Part shown: one piece after another, positions 10,035 to 20,400 of the stretch | Position numbering within the stretch: position 1 is the stretch's first letter | Layout: the number at the start of each line of letters is the position of its first letter | Virus record (IMG/VR): IMGVR_UViG_3300037419_000702 | Coordinates: 1 to 52,928 of that record | From: a virus | Lineage: Duplodnaviria; Caudoviricetes | Strand: one strand, 5' to 3' | DNA length: 52,928 nt | Notes under the pieces: generated by a model | What the model was told of the DNA's origin: nothing | What the model saw: the letters and a program-made list of their open reading frames with translations, nothing else | The model's database searches: none | Program-made: the position numbers and the translations under genes

Positions 10035-12116
10035 ATGGTTGTGCGTTTTCCGTTTTCAGAAATAAGTCTTACAGGTTTACAAGAAAAGATTTTCTTAGAT
10101 CGATATGCTGCGAAGGAATTGGATCACTCAAAATGGAAACTGGGGAATAAAATCATCGCTACCACTCATGAGGACCCAAACCAACCTCTTCTAAGAAAAA
10201 CTGTAACAGGAATTTTACGAGAAGTCAAAGACAATACGTATACAATCGAAGATGTAAATACAGGGGAACTAGTAGATGTTCCTAGAACGGCTATCGAATA
10301 CCCTGAGGAACAGCAACCAAAAGAAATGTGGGACCGTATTGCTCATGCCTTGGCTGGTGTAGAAAAACCCGAAAAGCAACAGGAGGTGTACGAACAATTT
10401 GCCTACGCTCTTAACGATTTTAAGCTTGTGGGCGGTGGCAGGGTTATGGCTGGTGCTGGAACGGAAGAACTAACTCTGATCAACTGCTTCGTAATACCTG
10501 ATCCGCATGATAGCCGAAGAGGAATCTTTGAAAGTGTTGCTGATATGGCTGATATTATGGCTAGAGGTGGGGGTGTTGGAGTCAATCTTTCTAGTTTGCG
10601 CCCGAAACGTGCGATTGTAGCTGGGGTAAATGGGCATTCGTCAGGATCAGTTAGCTGGGGAGGAGTATTCTCTCATGTAACAGGCTTAATTGAGCAGGGC
10701 GGTTCGCGTAGGGGAGCTTTGATGCTTATGATTTGGGATTGGCATCCTGATCTTTTATCCTTCATTCGTGCTAAGACCCAAATGGGAGCTATTACCAACG
10801 CTAATATGTCCATTTGTATCTCTGATGCTTTTATGAAAGCTGTGAAAGAAAATGGAGATTGGGTAACAAAATTTCCTGTCACCTCTCACCCAGCTTATGA
10901 TACAGAATGGGACGGAAATATTCAAAAGTGGGAAGAAAAAGGGTATCCTGTTGAAATTTATCATACGTATAAAGCTAGGGAAATATGGAATGAAATCATT
11001 ACTTCGGCTTGGAAATCGGCTGAGCCGGGTATCGTCTTTATGGAATATGCGAACTATATGAGCAATTCTTGGTATTTTAATCCTTTGATCTCTACAAATC
11101 CATGTGGGGAGCAGTTCCTTCCAAAATTTGGGGTATGTAACCTATCTGCTATTAACTTATCAAAGTTTTATGATGAGGGTAAGCATGATGTAGATTGGGA
11201 TGAATTAGCGAAGATTACCCGTATCGGTGTTCGTTTCTGCGATAACGTGACTACATTTACTATGTATCCGTTAGATCAGATCGTTAAGAACCAAGTAGAA
11301 GATGAGCGTAGAAGTGGACTAGGGACAATGGGGCTTGCCGAATTATTAATTAAGCTACAAATTCGGTATGGATCGGATGAGAGTATTGAGTTCCTAGATC
11401 GACTATACGGATTCATTGCAAGAGAAGCTTACATTGCTTCGGCTGAACTAGCTAAAGAAAAAGGCAGCTTTGGGAAATTCAATGCTGATTACTTTTTAGA
11501 ATCAGGATTTATGAAGCACATGCTTTCTGAAATACCGGGATTGGAAGCGATCATTCGTGAAAACGGAATGCGTAATGTGACTGTCATTACTCAGGCTCCT
11601 ACAGGTAGTTCAGGAACAATGGCTGGGACTTCTACAGGTATTGAACCATACTTTGCTTTTGAGTATTTCCGTCAAGGTCGTTTAGGAACAGAAAAACAAT
11701 ATGTTCCAATCGCTCAAGAATGGAAAGAATCACATCCGGGTGAAGACTTGCCTGAATGGTTTGTAACTGCTCAGGATTTAAGCCCTGAAGATCATGTAAG
11801 AGTGCAAGCAGCTATTCAAAAATGGACGGATTCAGCTATTAGTAAAACAGCCAATGCTCCTTCTGAGTTTACAGTAGAGGATACAGCTAGATTGTATGAG
11901 TTAGCTTATGATCTAGGATGTAAAGGTGTAACGATTTATCGTGACGGAAGCCGTGATATCCAAGTCTTATCTACTGTGAAGGAAACAGAAAAAGAAGCCC
12001 CGAAGGGCTTAGAAAAAGCTGAGGTAACACATGATGAACAGGATTTCCAATCGTCGAAGGTTTGTGAAATCCGATTTGAGAATGGTCAGTTGATTTCCGA
12101 GTGTGGGACGGAATAA
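10035..12116 (+). CDS. nrdJ: class II (B12-dependent) ribonucleotide reductase
   Basis: NCFV, GGGVG, RRGALM, TNPCGEQ, APTG, AISKTAN, KGVTIYRDGSR; no small subunit present. Confidence 0.9.
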   Translation: MVVRFPFSEISLTGLQEKIFLDRYAAKELDHSKWKLGNKIIATTHEDPNQPLLRKTVTGILREVKDNTYTIEDVNTGELVDVPRTAIEYPEEQQPKEMWDRIAHALAGVEKPEKQQEVYEQFAYALNDFKLVGGGRVMAGAGTEELTLINCFVIPDPHDSRRGIFESVADMADIMARGGGVGVNLSSLRPKRAIVAGVNGHSSGSVSWGGVFSHVTGLIEQGGSRRGALMLMIWDWHPDLLSFIRAKTQMGAITNANMSICISDAFMKAVKENGDWVTKFPVTSHPAYDTEWDGNIQKWEEKGYPVEIYHTYKAREIWNEIITSAWKSAEPGIVFMEYANYMSNSWYFNPLISTNPCGEQFLPKFGVCNLSAINLSKFYDEGKHDVDWDELAKITRIGVRFCDNVTTFTMYPLDQIVKNQVEDERRSGLGTMGLAELLIKLQIRYGSDESIEFLDRLYGFIAREAYIASAELAKEKGSFGKFNADYFLESGFMKHMLSEIPGLEAIIRENGMRNVTVITQAPTGSSGTMAGTSTGIEPYFAFEYFRQGRLGTEKQYVPIAQEWKESHPGEDLPEWFVTAQDLSPEDHVRVQAAIQKWTDSAISKTANAPSEFTVEDTARLYELAYDLGCKGVTIYRDGSRDIQVLSTVKETEKEAPKGLEKAEVTHDEQDFQSSKVCEIRFENGQLISECGTE

Positions 12117-12269
12117 TCTACCTTTGTATTATCAGTATATGTCTTGTACAATAAATATATACCTTTGTTTCTCCCCTACGGGAGTTCGGAACCTGTCCTT
12201 GACGGGTTCCTTTTTATTTGGTACGATAAAGAAGGTCATGGTGAACAGTTTCGATTGCTCAACCATAAG

Positions 12270-12300
12270 GAAAAGGAGCCTATATAACGGCTCCTTTTTC
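12270..12300. terminator. bidirectional terminator
   Basis: AAAAGGAGCC-N9-GGCTCCTTTTT between convergent genes. Confidence 0.6.
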
Positions 12301-12846
12301 TTTTATTTCGGTTAAGGGGATAACCTCTACCTGATACCCATCTGTTACCTTGTACTTAAAAGGTCGATCCGTCACCAGCCATAATTTCCTAGCTGCGTGT
12401 TTTCCTTTCTTGTGACTATCAATAAATCCATCTACTTTCTCCTGCATTTTCTTGTTGGAGGTATGACTTAATTGTACTTCGACAGCTATATGCTCATTCT
12501 TGAGTACAGTGTAGGCATCAGGTCGGTAATCATGTTTGAGATCAGGCTCAACCTCATATATCGTAGGTTGCCCAATCCGAATGTAAAAATCCGTAATAGC
12601 TAGGAAATGATTGGTTCGTGTGGAATTTGGGTGGATAATCGTGGGGTTAGGCATGTAAAGGTACGGTCTATCTTTGGGCTGGGGTATCGGCAAGACGATC
12701 CCATCCCGACACAGCCTTTTCATGATACGGTTGATCGTAGCATACGGCTTCGCTACTTCCGGGCAGATCAATGTCCCTAACTGGTCCCGTGATAAAACTC
12801 GGAAGTGGTGTAATAGTTTCACTATCAATTTGTCCCTTGTGGTCAT
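12280..12846 (-). CDS. replication-relaxation family protein (wHTH + PD-(D/E)XK)
   Basis: TTRDKLIV..LSRDQL, HFLAITDFY, YRPDAY..VEVQ; likely start MTTRD at 12846; typical partner of phage FtsK genes. Confidence 0.75.
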   Translation of the reverse strand: MTTRDKLIVKLLHHFRVLSRDQLGTLICPEVAKPYATINRIMKRLCRDGIVLPIPQPKDRPYLYMPNPTIIHPNSTRTNHFLAITDFYIRIGQPTIYEVEPDLKHDYRPDAYTVLKNEHIAVEVQLSHTSNKKMQEKVDGFIDSHKKGKHAARKLWLVTDRPFKYKVTDGYQVEVIPLTEIKEKGAVI

Positions 12847-13984
12847 TTTGAACATCCTCTTTCCTCTTTCGATAGTATGGCATGAGTAAAGCTTCTGCTT
12901 CATCATTAGATAAATATGGAATTTGAACTGTTTCAGGTAATCCGTCTACAAGTATCGCCCTACCCTTAATTCCTCCCAGCTTTTCGGCTCCTTCCATTCC
13001 CAAAATGATCTTGGAATCCGCTTCATTCGCTGTAGTTAATGCTATCTTTACTAACATATTTGTCTTAATCCGTGGATTTAATACATCCTTGGCATCCGGG
13101 CGTTGACTAAAAATAACTAGGTGAACATCCACATACCCGGCACGTTCAGCAATTTCGGTCATCGCTTCTTGAACGGCTGTGTTGTAGGCTTGCTGTTCCT
13201 TATCGGCTGTCTTTCCAAATACTCCAACCTCATCCACAATCACAACGAACGGCTGGAAAGTTTTGTCGGGATATCGTTCCTTCACAGTTTTTGCATCATT
13301 CACATTTCCCAGTTCATCGATAACAGCTTTCCGATCCTTATACTCTTGAATGGCATCATCCAAATGTTTGAGGGCTTTATCAGGAGTAACTAAGGAAACA
13401 TTGGGGAGATTTCGGAACATGTAGTAATCAGCATCCTTCGCACTAATAATGACCATTTTAATCTGACCTTTTGACTGAGCATATAAATGAGCTGCGGTCA
13501 TCAATTGCAGAACTGTTTTTCCCATTCGGGTAGCCCCTCCACCAACAATATGACAACTGGACCCATCCTGAATATCGAGCATCTTCCAACCAAAGGCGGT
13601 CAGGAAAGGTATCTTTAATCCTTCCTTTTTGGCGTCTTTATAGTCGATCCGATTGTGTAACCCCATCCGACCAAAATCTAGGGAACAATGTCGCCCCCGG
13701 AGGTGACGGAATCGGATGTTTGAGTAAGTATCTTGCTCGATAGCTGGGAGATAGGCTTTAAATTGCTCAACAGTTAAGCCTGATGGGAGAATAATTTCTG
13801 CATAAAAGCCGTAGTCTGTTCCTTCCAGCTTCGTTATGCTAATACTCCTTAGTTCGGTATCGAGGTTATGTGTATGAAAAGAAGCTTTTAAAACTCGTTT
13901 GAATTGTCGCTTCGGGGTATTGTAGAGTGGATAAACGATGGATGGTAAGATCATAGCTGCACCCACAAGAGTTCCCACAACCAT
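12668..13984 (-). CDS. FtsK/SpoIIIE-family ATPase
   Basis: N-terminal hydrophobic segment, GGATRMGKT, VIVDE, SQRPDA, GRAIL. Confidence 0.85.
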   Translation of the reverse strand: MVVGTLVGAAMILPSIVYPLYNTPKRQFKRVLKASFHTHNLDTELRSISITKLEGTDYGFYAEIILPSGLTVEQFKAYLPAIEQDTYSNIRFRHLRGRHCSLDFGRMGLHNRIDYKDAKKEGLKIPFLTAFGWKMLDIQDGSSCHIVGGGATRMGKTVLQLMTAAHLYAQSKGQIKMVIISAKDADYYMFRNLPNVSLVTPDKALKHLDDAIQEYKDRKAVIDELGNVNDAKTVKERYPDKTFQPFVVIVDEVGVFGKTADKEQQAYNTAVQEAMTEIAERAGYVDVHLVIFSQRPDAKDVLNPRIKTNMLVKIALTTANEADSKIILGMEGAEKLGGIKGRAILVDGLPETVQIPYLSNDEAEALLMPYYRKRKEDVQNDHKGQIDSETITPLPSFITGPVRDIDLPGSSEAVCYDQPYHEKAVSGWDRLADTPAQR

Positions 13985-14097
13985 GTTAACACCCCCTTCA
14001 TATGAAGTCCGAACAGCCCTTTATGGGCGACCCATTCTAAAAATCCCAAGACGGTTAAGTATTGGAACATAATTCCGTTGAAGATATATTTTCTCAT
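13951..14097 (-). CDS. small hydrophobic protein (48 aa) upstream of FtsK
   Basis: AAAGGAG RBS; MRKYIFNGIMFQYLTVLGFLEW... Confidence 0.6.
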   Translation of the reverse strand: MRKYIFNGIMFQYLTVLGFLEWVAHKGLFGLHMKGVLTWLWELLWVQL

Positions 14098-14122
14098 TCT
14101 GTCAACTCCTTTCCTGTCATAT

Positions 14123-14151
14123 ACTATATGCTGCTATGGTAGCTAAGATGA
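14123..14151 (-). promoter_or_regulatory. candidate sigmaE-type sporulation promoter
   Basis: TCATCTT-14 nt-CATATAGT on the - strand. Confidence 0.45.
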
Positions 14152-14171
14152 CAGATGTTAGAAAATTTTTA

Positions 14172-14200
14172 TTGCTGTGACAGGTGTTATGTGCTATGAT
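14172..14200 (+). promoter_or_regulatory. sigmaA-type promoter with heptads
   Basis: TTGCTG-17-TATGAT; TGTGACA GGTGTTA TGTGCTA. Confidence 0.65.
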
Positions 14201-14223
14201 AAAACTAGGGAGAGTGATCGTGA

Positions 14224-14733
14224 ATGAAAATGTTATGCTTCGATCCTAGCGGAAACTGGGGAAAAGAAGGTTTCGGTCATAGTGGCTGGGCATTATTCGA
14301 AAACGGAGAGTTAATCGAATTTGGAGATATTGCAGCCGAAGATTTTGAAACACAAGAGGCTTATTGGGCAGCACATGAAAATTTAATTATAGATAAAGGT
14401 GTGAAATTTGTAATTTGTGAAAATTATCGACTGTACGCAGGGGCGAGAGGTAAGGCTCAAATCAATTCTACCTTAGATACCCCTCAATTAATTGGTTTCA
14501 TAAAAATGGTTTGTTGGAAGGAACCTATCAATTTTGAAATGCAAGCCCCTTCAGATAAAACAAGGGTTGCCGATCCTCAACTAATCAAGATGGGGATTTT
14601 AGATAAGAAAGGTAACAAGCACTACTGTATGGGAAAGCCGACTAACCTTCATATGAGGGATGCGATCCGGCATGGGATTTACCATTTGAGATACGGGAGG
14701 GGTAAAAATGAAGGAGAGAAAGATCGAATTTGA
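14224..14733 (+). CDS. RuvC-like Holliday junction resolvase
   Basis: LCFDPSG..GWA, VICENY, HMRDAIRH. Confidence 0.75.
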   Translation: MKMLCFDPSGNWGKEGFGHSGWALFENGELIEFGDIAAEDFETQEAYWAAHENLIIDKGVKFVICENYRLYAGARGKAQINSTLDTPQLIGFIKMVCWKEPINFEMQAPSDKTRVADPQLIKMGILDKKGNKHYCMGKPTNLHMRDAIRHGIYHLRYGRGKNEGEKDRI

Positions 14734-15001
14734 ATGTCCTGAATGTCAGCATCCTATGACGATGGAAATCAGCTACAATGAGATTGACGACGACGAACTG
14801 CCTGATCATACCTACGATCATATCATGGGCTGTGAAACTTGCTTCGATCAGGCTGCTGATTACATTTTTACCCAGTTTGTAAAGGATGGGTTTGCGCCCA
14901 ATTCTTCTTTTCTAAGACAAGCCCTCAAATATTTTGATAGATTCTGTATATCGAAACACGATAAACTAGAAAATGAAGAAGAAGGGGAGGAACATGAGTA
15001 A
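14708..15001 (+). CDS. hypothetical zinc-binding protein
   Basis: CPEC..CETC; GGGAGG RBS. Confidence 0.65.
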   Translation: MKERKIEFECPECQHPMTMEISYNEIDDDELPDHTYDHIMGCETCFDQAADYIFTQFVKDGFAPNSSFLRQALKYFDRFCISKHDKLENEEEGEEHE

Positions 15002-15170
15002 TCCCTTTAATCCCAAGATGCCTATGATTATGAAGTCCCGTTCGAAAAATGATATTGAAAGACGTAAGAAAGAAGCCTTAAATCGAGGACATAAAATCCT
15101 CGGTGAAGGAACCTACATAGATAACGGCTACACCATCTATTGGGTGAAAATAAATAATGAGCATGTTTAA
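14994..15170 (+). CDS. hypothetical protein
   Basis: GGAGG RBS before MSNPF. Confidence 0.55.
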   Translation: MSNPFNPKMPMIMKSRSKNDIERRKKEALNRGHKILGEGTYIDNGYTIYWVKINNEHV

Positions 15171-15258
15171 AGGATTGTTGTGGGCGATTCCTTTGTCATT
15201 GTTACTTTGGACAAGCCTATTAGGTTGGATAGAACTGGTATGGAGGTTGATGAAATGA
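15163..15258 (+). CDS. small membrane peptide (31 aa)
   Basis: MFKGLLWAIPLSLLLWTSLLGW...; ATGA overlap with thyX. Confidence 0.45.
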   Translation: MFKGLLWAIPLSLLLWTSLLGWIELVWRLMK

Positions 15259-15908
15259 TCGAATTTACAGAAACAGAGGTATTTAACTGGCGAGGGGCTA
15301 TACGAGGGGCTAGAAATAGCTGGGAAAGTCATGATAAGTCGGATAGCAAATGGGTAGTTCACAAAGATAAAAGATTATACGGATTCAATTACCCTGATTA
15401 CGAGATCGGACCCAACGACCACGCCCTTTTATTTAAACTAGCGAATGCCGGATCGAGTCATGCGAAGTGGACGCGACAGGTCATGGTTTGTGTGGATATC
15501 AATGCTCCTTTGTATTGGTGGAAGGAAATGGATCAGTACAAATTTATCGTTACGAACAGTGAAAGCACTATGCACACGATACAACGAAACGAAATAGTTC
15601 CGTCTACTGAGATGTTCTCGCTAGACATACCTAGAGATGTTGATTTAAGAGACGTTGTTCCTAGCTTTCAAACACTTGAGATGTTGAGGAACAGATTCTT
15701 AGAAACTAAGGATAGACGCTATTGGAAACTCCTCATACAATTACTACCTAGCGGTTGGATGCAAAAACGCACCACCACTCTCAACTATGCAACGATTCGA
15801 GGGGCTTATCATGATCGTAAAGGTCACAGACTTTCCGAATGGCAAGAGTTCCGTGAATGGGCTGAGTCCTTACCTTATTCTGAATTTATAACTGGGGTGA
15901 AGAAGTAA
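15255..15908 (+). CDS. thyX: flavin-dependent thymidylate synthase-like protein
   Basis: AIRGARNSW, HAKWTRQV, APLYWWKEMDQY, NSESTMH, HRLSEW; start ATG 15255. Confidence 0.75.
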   Translation: MIEFTETEVFNWRGAIRGARNSWESHDKSDSKWVVHKDKRLYGFNYPDYEIGPNDHALLFKLANAGSSHAKWTRQVMVCVDINAPLYWWKEMDQYKFIVTNSESTMHTIQRNEIVPSTEMFSLDIPRDVDLRDVVPSFQTLEMLRNRFLETKDRRYWKLLIQLLPSGWMQKRTTTLNYATIRGAYHDRKGHRLSEWQEFREWAESLPYSEFITGVKK

Positions 15909-16228
15909 TGGTTAAATGTGGTATAAGTAGTTGTTACTATATGCCGGAAAAAGGGTCTAGCTTTTGTTTATATCACCAACCGAGAAAAGCTACTGATGAT
16001 ATCATCAATAAGCCAAATCATTACCATAAAGGTGGAATAGATGTTTACACATACCTAAATGGTAAATTATCACAAGAGCAATTAGAAGCTATTCACCAAT
16101 TTAATATCTTGAAATATGTTACAAGGTACAAGGAGAAAAATGGACTTCAAGATTTGCACAAAGCTAAGTACTCTTTGGACAAGCTTATTCAAATACTCGA
16201 AGGAGGAAAAGAAAATGCAGCCAAATAG
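15908..16228 (+). CDS. DUF3310 family protein
   Basis: INKPNHY..NILKYVTRY..KNGLQDLHKA. Confidence 0.8.
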   Translation: MVKCGISSCYYMPEKGSSFCLYHQPRKATDDIINKPNHYHKGGIDVYTYLNGKLSQEQLEAIHQFNILKYVTRYKEKNGLQDLHKAKYSLDKLIQILEGGKENAAK

Positions 16229-16290
16229 CCTAAGCTGGATGGAGATTCAGCAAATTAAAGAGGAAATGCTACAAGACGTAGAGCCAAAGG

Positions 16291-16316
16291 AAAAAGACCC
16301 CGAATAGGGGTCTTTT
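16291..16316. terminator. bidirectional terminator between the two genome arms
   Basis: AAAAGACCCC-GAATA-GGGGTCTTTT. Confidence 0.8.
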
Positions 16317-16352
16317 CCTATTTTCAGAATATTGATTCCTAGTGCCGTCAGA

Positions 16353-16565
16353 TCAATTTACATTTTGTTTATCGGGTATTTCACTGTTCCGTGGCGTATC
16401 TAAAGCTGTAGATTTTGCGAAATAAAACGATACGATCATAATAATCACATTCATAATGAACTGGTGATCCAAACGATCTGTAACAGCTAAATAAATAAAC
16501 AGAACAGTAACTAGGATGGCAATAATTTTACGAATTTCGATCAAGGCTACCAATTTCGATTTCAC
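16353..16565 (-). CDS. holin
   Basis: Two TM helices, FYF motif, next to the endolysin. Confidence 0.7.
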   Translation of the reverse strand: MKSKLVALIEIRKIIAILVTVLFIYLAVTDRLDHQFIMNVIIMIVSFYFAKSTALDTPRNSEIPDKQNVN

Positions 16566-16577
16566 TCTAATCCACTC

Positions 16578-17213
16578 CTATCGATTTTGTGGTTGCTGCC
16601 CGGAAGCCAGCCTTAGTTCATCAGCTAAACGTCCGATTTCATTGTCAGGAACAATCGCATAGAACGCATGTAAGATTTCGATCAGCTTATTTGCATCCTC
16701 AGCTTTCATTTGATATTCTCCTTTCAATTCTTTAAATAACCGTTCCCAAGGAAATTTAGGACCGGGACAATCTTTTCGAGATACACTATCAATTCGGAAA
16801 TGCCCAGTGATATGCACATCATCCACAGGAATTTGGAACTTATCCACAAGGTACTTATGGAGTTCGATGGTTGCCTGTGTTTGGGCTTCAGTCAATCCAT
16901 CTTCGGGATATCCTTCATGCTCAATCGAAATGGTCCACAGGTTGGGGTTCACTGCAGGAAACTGGGAGAGCCATGCTTGGTCAGGTGTGCTCAATCGACC
17001 ATTTGCCCATGCTGTGCTTAGTTCATTTACATATTGATGGATGGACCCGTCTTTACCTACCCCGAAATGTGCAGATACCCCTGATTCTGTTCGGCTGAAC
17101 CAATCATCTGTCCCAGCTAATGTTCCGCACATAATGTGATTGATAATCGCAAGGGGCTTGTACCCCCTGCGGTATAATTCAAAGTTTGGTGAGCCTTTCC
17201 ATTGAATGTTCAT
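16578..17213 (-). CDS. endolysin, N-acetylmuramoyl-L-alanine amidase (Amidase_2)
   Basis: NHIM, SAHF, AWANG, ISIEHEG, ITGH, DCPG. Confidence 0.9.
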   Translation of the reverse strand: MNIQWKGSPNFELYRRGYKPLAIINHIMCGTLAGTDDWFSRTESGVSAHFGVGKDGSIHQYVNELSTAWANGRLSTPDQAWLSQFPAVNPNLWTISIEHEGYPEDGLTEAQTQATIELHKYLVDKFQIPVDDVHITGHFRIDSVSRKDCPGPKFPWERLFKELKGEYQMKAEDANKLIEILHAFYAIVPDNEIGRLADELRLASGQQPQNR

Positions 17214-17219
17214 GTTGTA

Positions 17220-17444
17220 TCACCCTTTCATTATAATTGCGATAACCGCTACAGCTGCACTAATGGCTGAGATAGCTGTATTAACCCATCGATAGGGCGC
17301 ATTCTCTAGTTTTTCTACTCTTTTTTCTAATGCTTCGAACTGCACCTTTTGAACATAGTACAATTTGATTTCGTCTACGGATTTTATAAGTAGGTCCATT
17401 TTAGCTTCTAATGAAGCTATCGCCTTTTGCTCCTCCCCTGCCAT
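17220..17444 (-). CDS. XhlA/hemolysin-like lysis protein
   Basis: Coiled coil plus C-terminal TM helix, upstream of the endolysin. Confidence 0.55.
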   Translation of the reverse strand: MAGEEQKAIASLEAKMDLLIKSVDEIKLYYVQKVQFEALEKRVEKLENAPYRWVNTAISAISAAVAVIAIIMKG

Positions 17445-17446
17445 AG

Positions 17447-20400
17447 CTACTTCGCTCCTTTCATCTTCTCCTGTTTTTTGGCTTCCTTCGTTTTTGCGTT
17501 AGTTCGATCTCTTTCGGCAAAGATCAACCGTTCTAAGTCTTTTACTGGATCATCTGCATAGGTGTTTACTCCGGCTCCTTTTGCAAAATCACCTGTCAGG
17601 AGTTGCCCCGGTCCACCCATTGTTTGTTGAAGAAGATACTTCCAACCTTCAGGAGATTTAAGGGCGTTCGTATTGTCAGGAAGATCACTTGCAATTGGCG
17701 CACCGAATGTATTACGATTTTGTGGAATCTCTTGAACTAGTTTTAATGCTGGATTAAGTGACTGAGAAACGGTTCCTATTGGATCGAATAATTTATTCAA
17801 ATCGGAACTAGGTAGACCAACATTGAAGTATTGATGATCCGTACCCGGAACTTTTGTATACCCTTCTTGAATGAAATCGGGAAGAACTCCACCATTTTGT
17901 TTCACTAAGTCCTTGATTAAAGCTTGATCCTTTTTGTTGTTTATTCCTAAATCTTTCAAAGCTTGATCTACATTCGGCTCATCCTGTGATTCCTTTTGCA
18001 GTTCACCGATCATGGCATACTTACCGGGATTTTTTGCTGCATTAATGATTTGGAAAGGAATATTATTCCTCATCCATTGATAGAATGGTAGTACAACCCT
18101 TGCTAGTCTACCGAAATTGTTAATTTCACTATAATTAAATAGGTATTTACGAACAGAATCGGCTGCTTGTTCCACACTCATTCCAGCTTCACGCATATGG
18201 ACGAAGTGGGCAAGTCTAGCAATATTATCTTCATACTCCCCTGCCTTTCTACCTAGTTGACCCGGTAAGAAAGACTCACTTAAAGGATTCGCCATCTGAA
18301 GCTTATTTCCTCCTACCTTACTAGATAATTCTGCATCTAGGGTAGAAGCAAGGTCGGCTGCTGCGGAACCTGTATGGATAACCCCTGCTTCCAAGGCATC
18401 CTTGTACATTTGGTCGCTGTGGTTGTTTTTCTTTAGTAGACTAGCAGCTTTTGTGTAAGCGTCAGGGGTTACCCCAGCTAAGGTATTTTGGAAGGTGTTA
18501 CCGATTACCTGTCGGATATGGAACCCGGCTCGTACTACGGTTACGTTTCTTCTCCAAATGCTGTACATCTTGTCCATCTTTTCTAAGGTTTTATCCATTT
18601 CCTCAGATGATTGAAGAAGTCTATCAACATGGTTTACTTCTTTAGCGATTTCATGAGGAACAAGTATATCCTTATTTCCTAGTGTTACTTCTCTCCATCC
18701 TGTCGGTACTCGATCCTTCTTAGAAGTAGGCTTACCATCTTTACCTTCTTTCACGGCATTCGCTGGTTTTGCTAGTCCCATATCTGCTAGATTTCGAAGC
18801 ATATGTTCACGATTGATATCTCGCATACGAGAGATTGCCGTTTTCCCATAAGCTTCAATCGGATTAAAGGCTGCTTTTTCAAAAGCTTTTTTGATTTCAT
18901 CCGCTACATTTGGGTCATCTAGGAAATCACGAAGTTCAGCCATTGTGTTGAATCCGGTACGTTCCTTCGTATATCCACCCATCGAATGTTGGAGTTTACC
19001 AGCGATTTTATCCAATCCCTTAGATCGAAGCATATCAACTAACTGGTTGAATCCTTCTTTCTTGATATTCATTACATGAGGGAAGTAGTTCGGGCGTTCC
19101 TTGTAGGAAATCCCATACTGTTTCTCTAACCCACGAATTCCATCTAGGTAGGATTTAAATTTTTCGGCTGCTGCTTCGGCTTTCGCTAGTTTCTCAGCCG
19201 GGATGGATTCTTTCGGCATACTTTTAGGAAAAGCATCTTCGATTACATAAGGAACTAGGTGAAGTTCATCCTTTGATAACCCTTTGATAGCCGGATCGGT
19301 TTTTGCCATTGTAAGAAGTTCATTAATCTTCTCCTTGGCATTCGCAAACCCACGGTTCCCTGAGTTAAGGACTTCTGCCACACCTTTTTCAATTCGATGA
19401 TCAGCAAGCTTGGAACTAAGAGGGACGTATCTTCGAGAACCTAATAATTTCCCGGCTCCTTCAACGAACTTGTTTCCCTTAATGGCTTTCCCTAGCTTGG
19501 ATACTCCATCCAATCCATCAATTACTTTCAAATCTTTCCCGGCTTGTCTACCAACCGATCCTAGCACATCGTTTGCTGATAGCTTCGTCCCTTTCGGTTG
19601 TTTGCCAAATTTGATATCTGCCCCGGCATTCAACAGGCTTTTAGCTTTTGTTAAACCTTCAGCTTTGGTAAGTGGTGATCCGATTTTCTGATTTAAAGCG
19701 TCCAATCCAAGATTACGCTGGGCAAAAGGCTCAAGGTCACTAATCACATGAGGAATGACTTGATTCGTTAGGCTTTTTAATTCAGCTAGATTTAGCTGCT
19801 TTAATTCCTCAATCGGTACATCTAACCCAGCTTTAGGAAGGTTACGATCTAACCACGCAATATAATCTTTACCATTGTTTCGAGTAGGAAGATCAAGTGC
19901 CGTACCAATTACTTGATTAAGGTTTTGCCTATTCGTCAACAATTGGTCTGTTACAGATTGCCTGTCAGTAATCTTCAGACCGCTACCAAACGGATCGCCT
20001 TGATTCAAGTTATCTAGGGAAGATTTGATTGTATTGTCCAATCCACCATCTAACTGACGAAGTATATAATCGAACTCCTGAGTGTTCAAGTCTTTTGTTG
20101 AATTAATCGATCTTCCTGTCATATTAGAAAGGAATTGATATCGTTGCTCGTTCGTTAATCCTAATTTAGCCATTTGATTAGCCAAGTCTTCGGCTGGTAC
20201 TTGACCAATTTGTTGAGCCTTTTTAGTCATGAAGTCAGGCTTATTCGCAACCTTAATTTCAGGTCCGAATGGTAAATCCAAACCTAATAACTGATTGTTT
20301 GCATTAGCGATATGTTTATTAATAATGTTCTGAGCAGCTTCACTTCCCAGTTCTACACCCGGAGTCATTTTGATTTCGTCCATAGCTGCTTGAATTGCCT

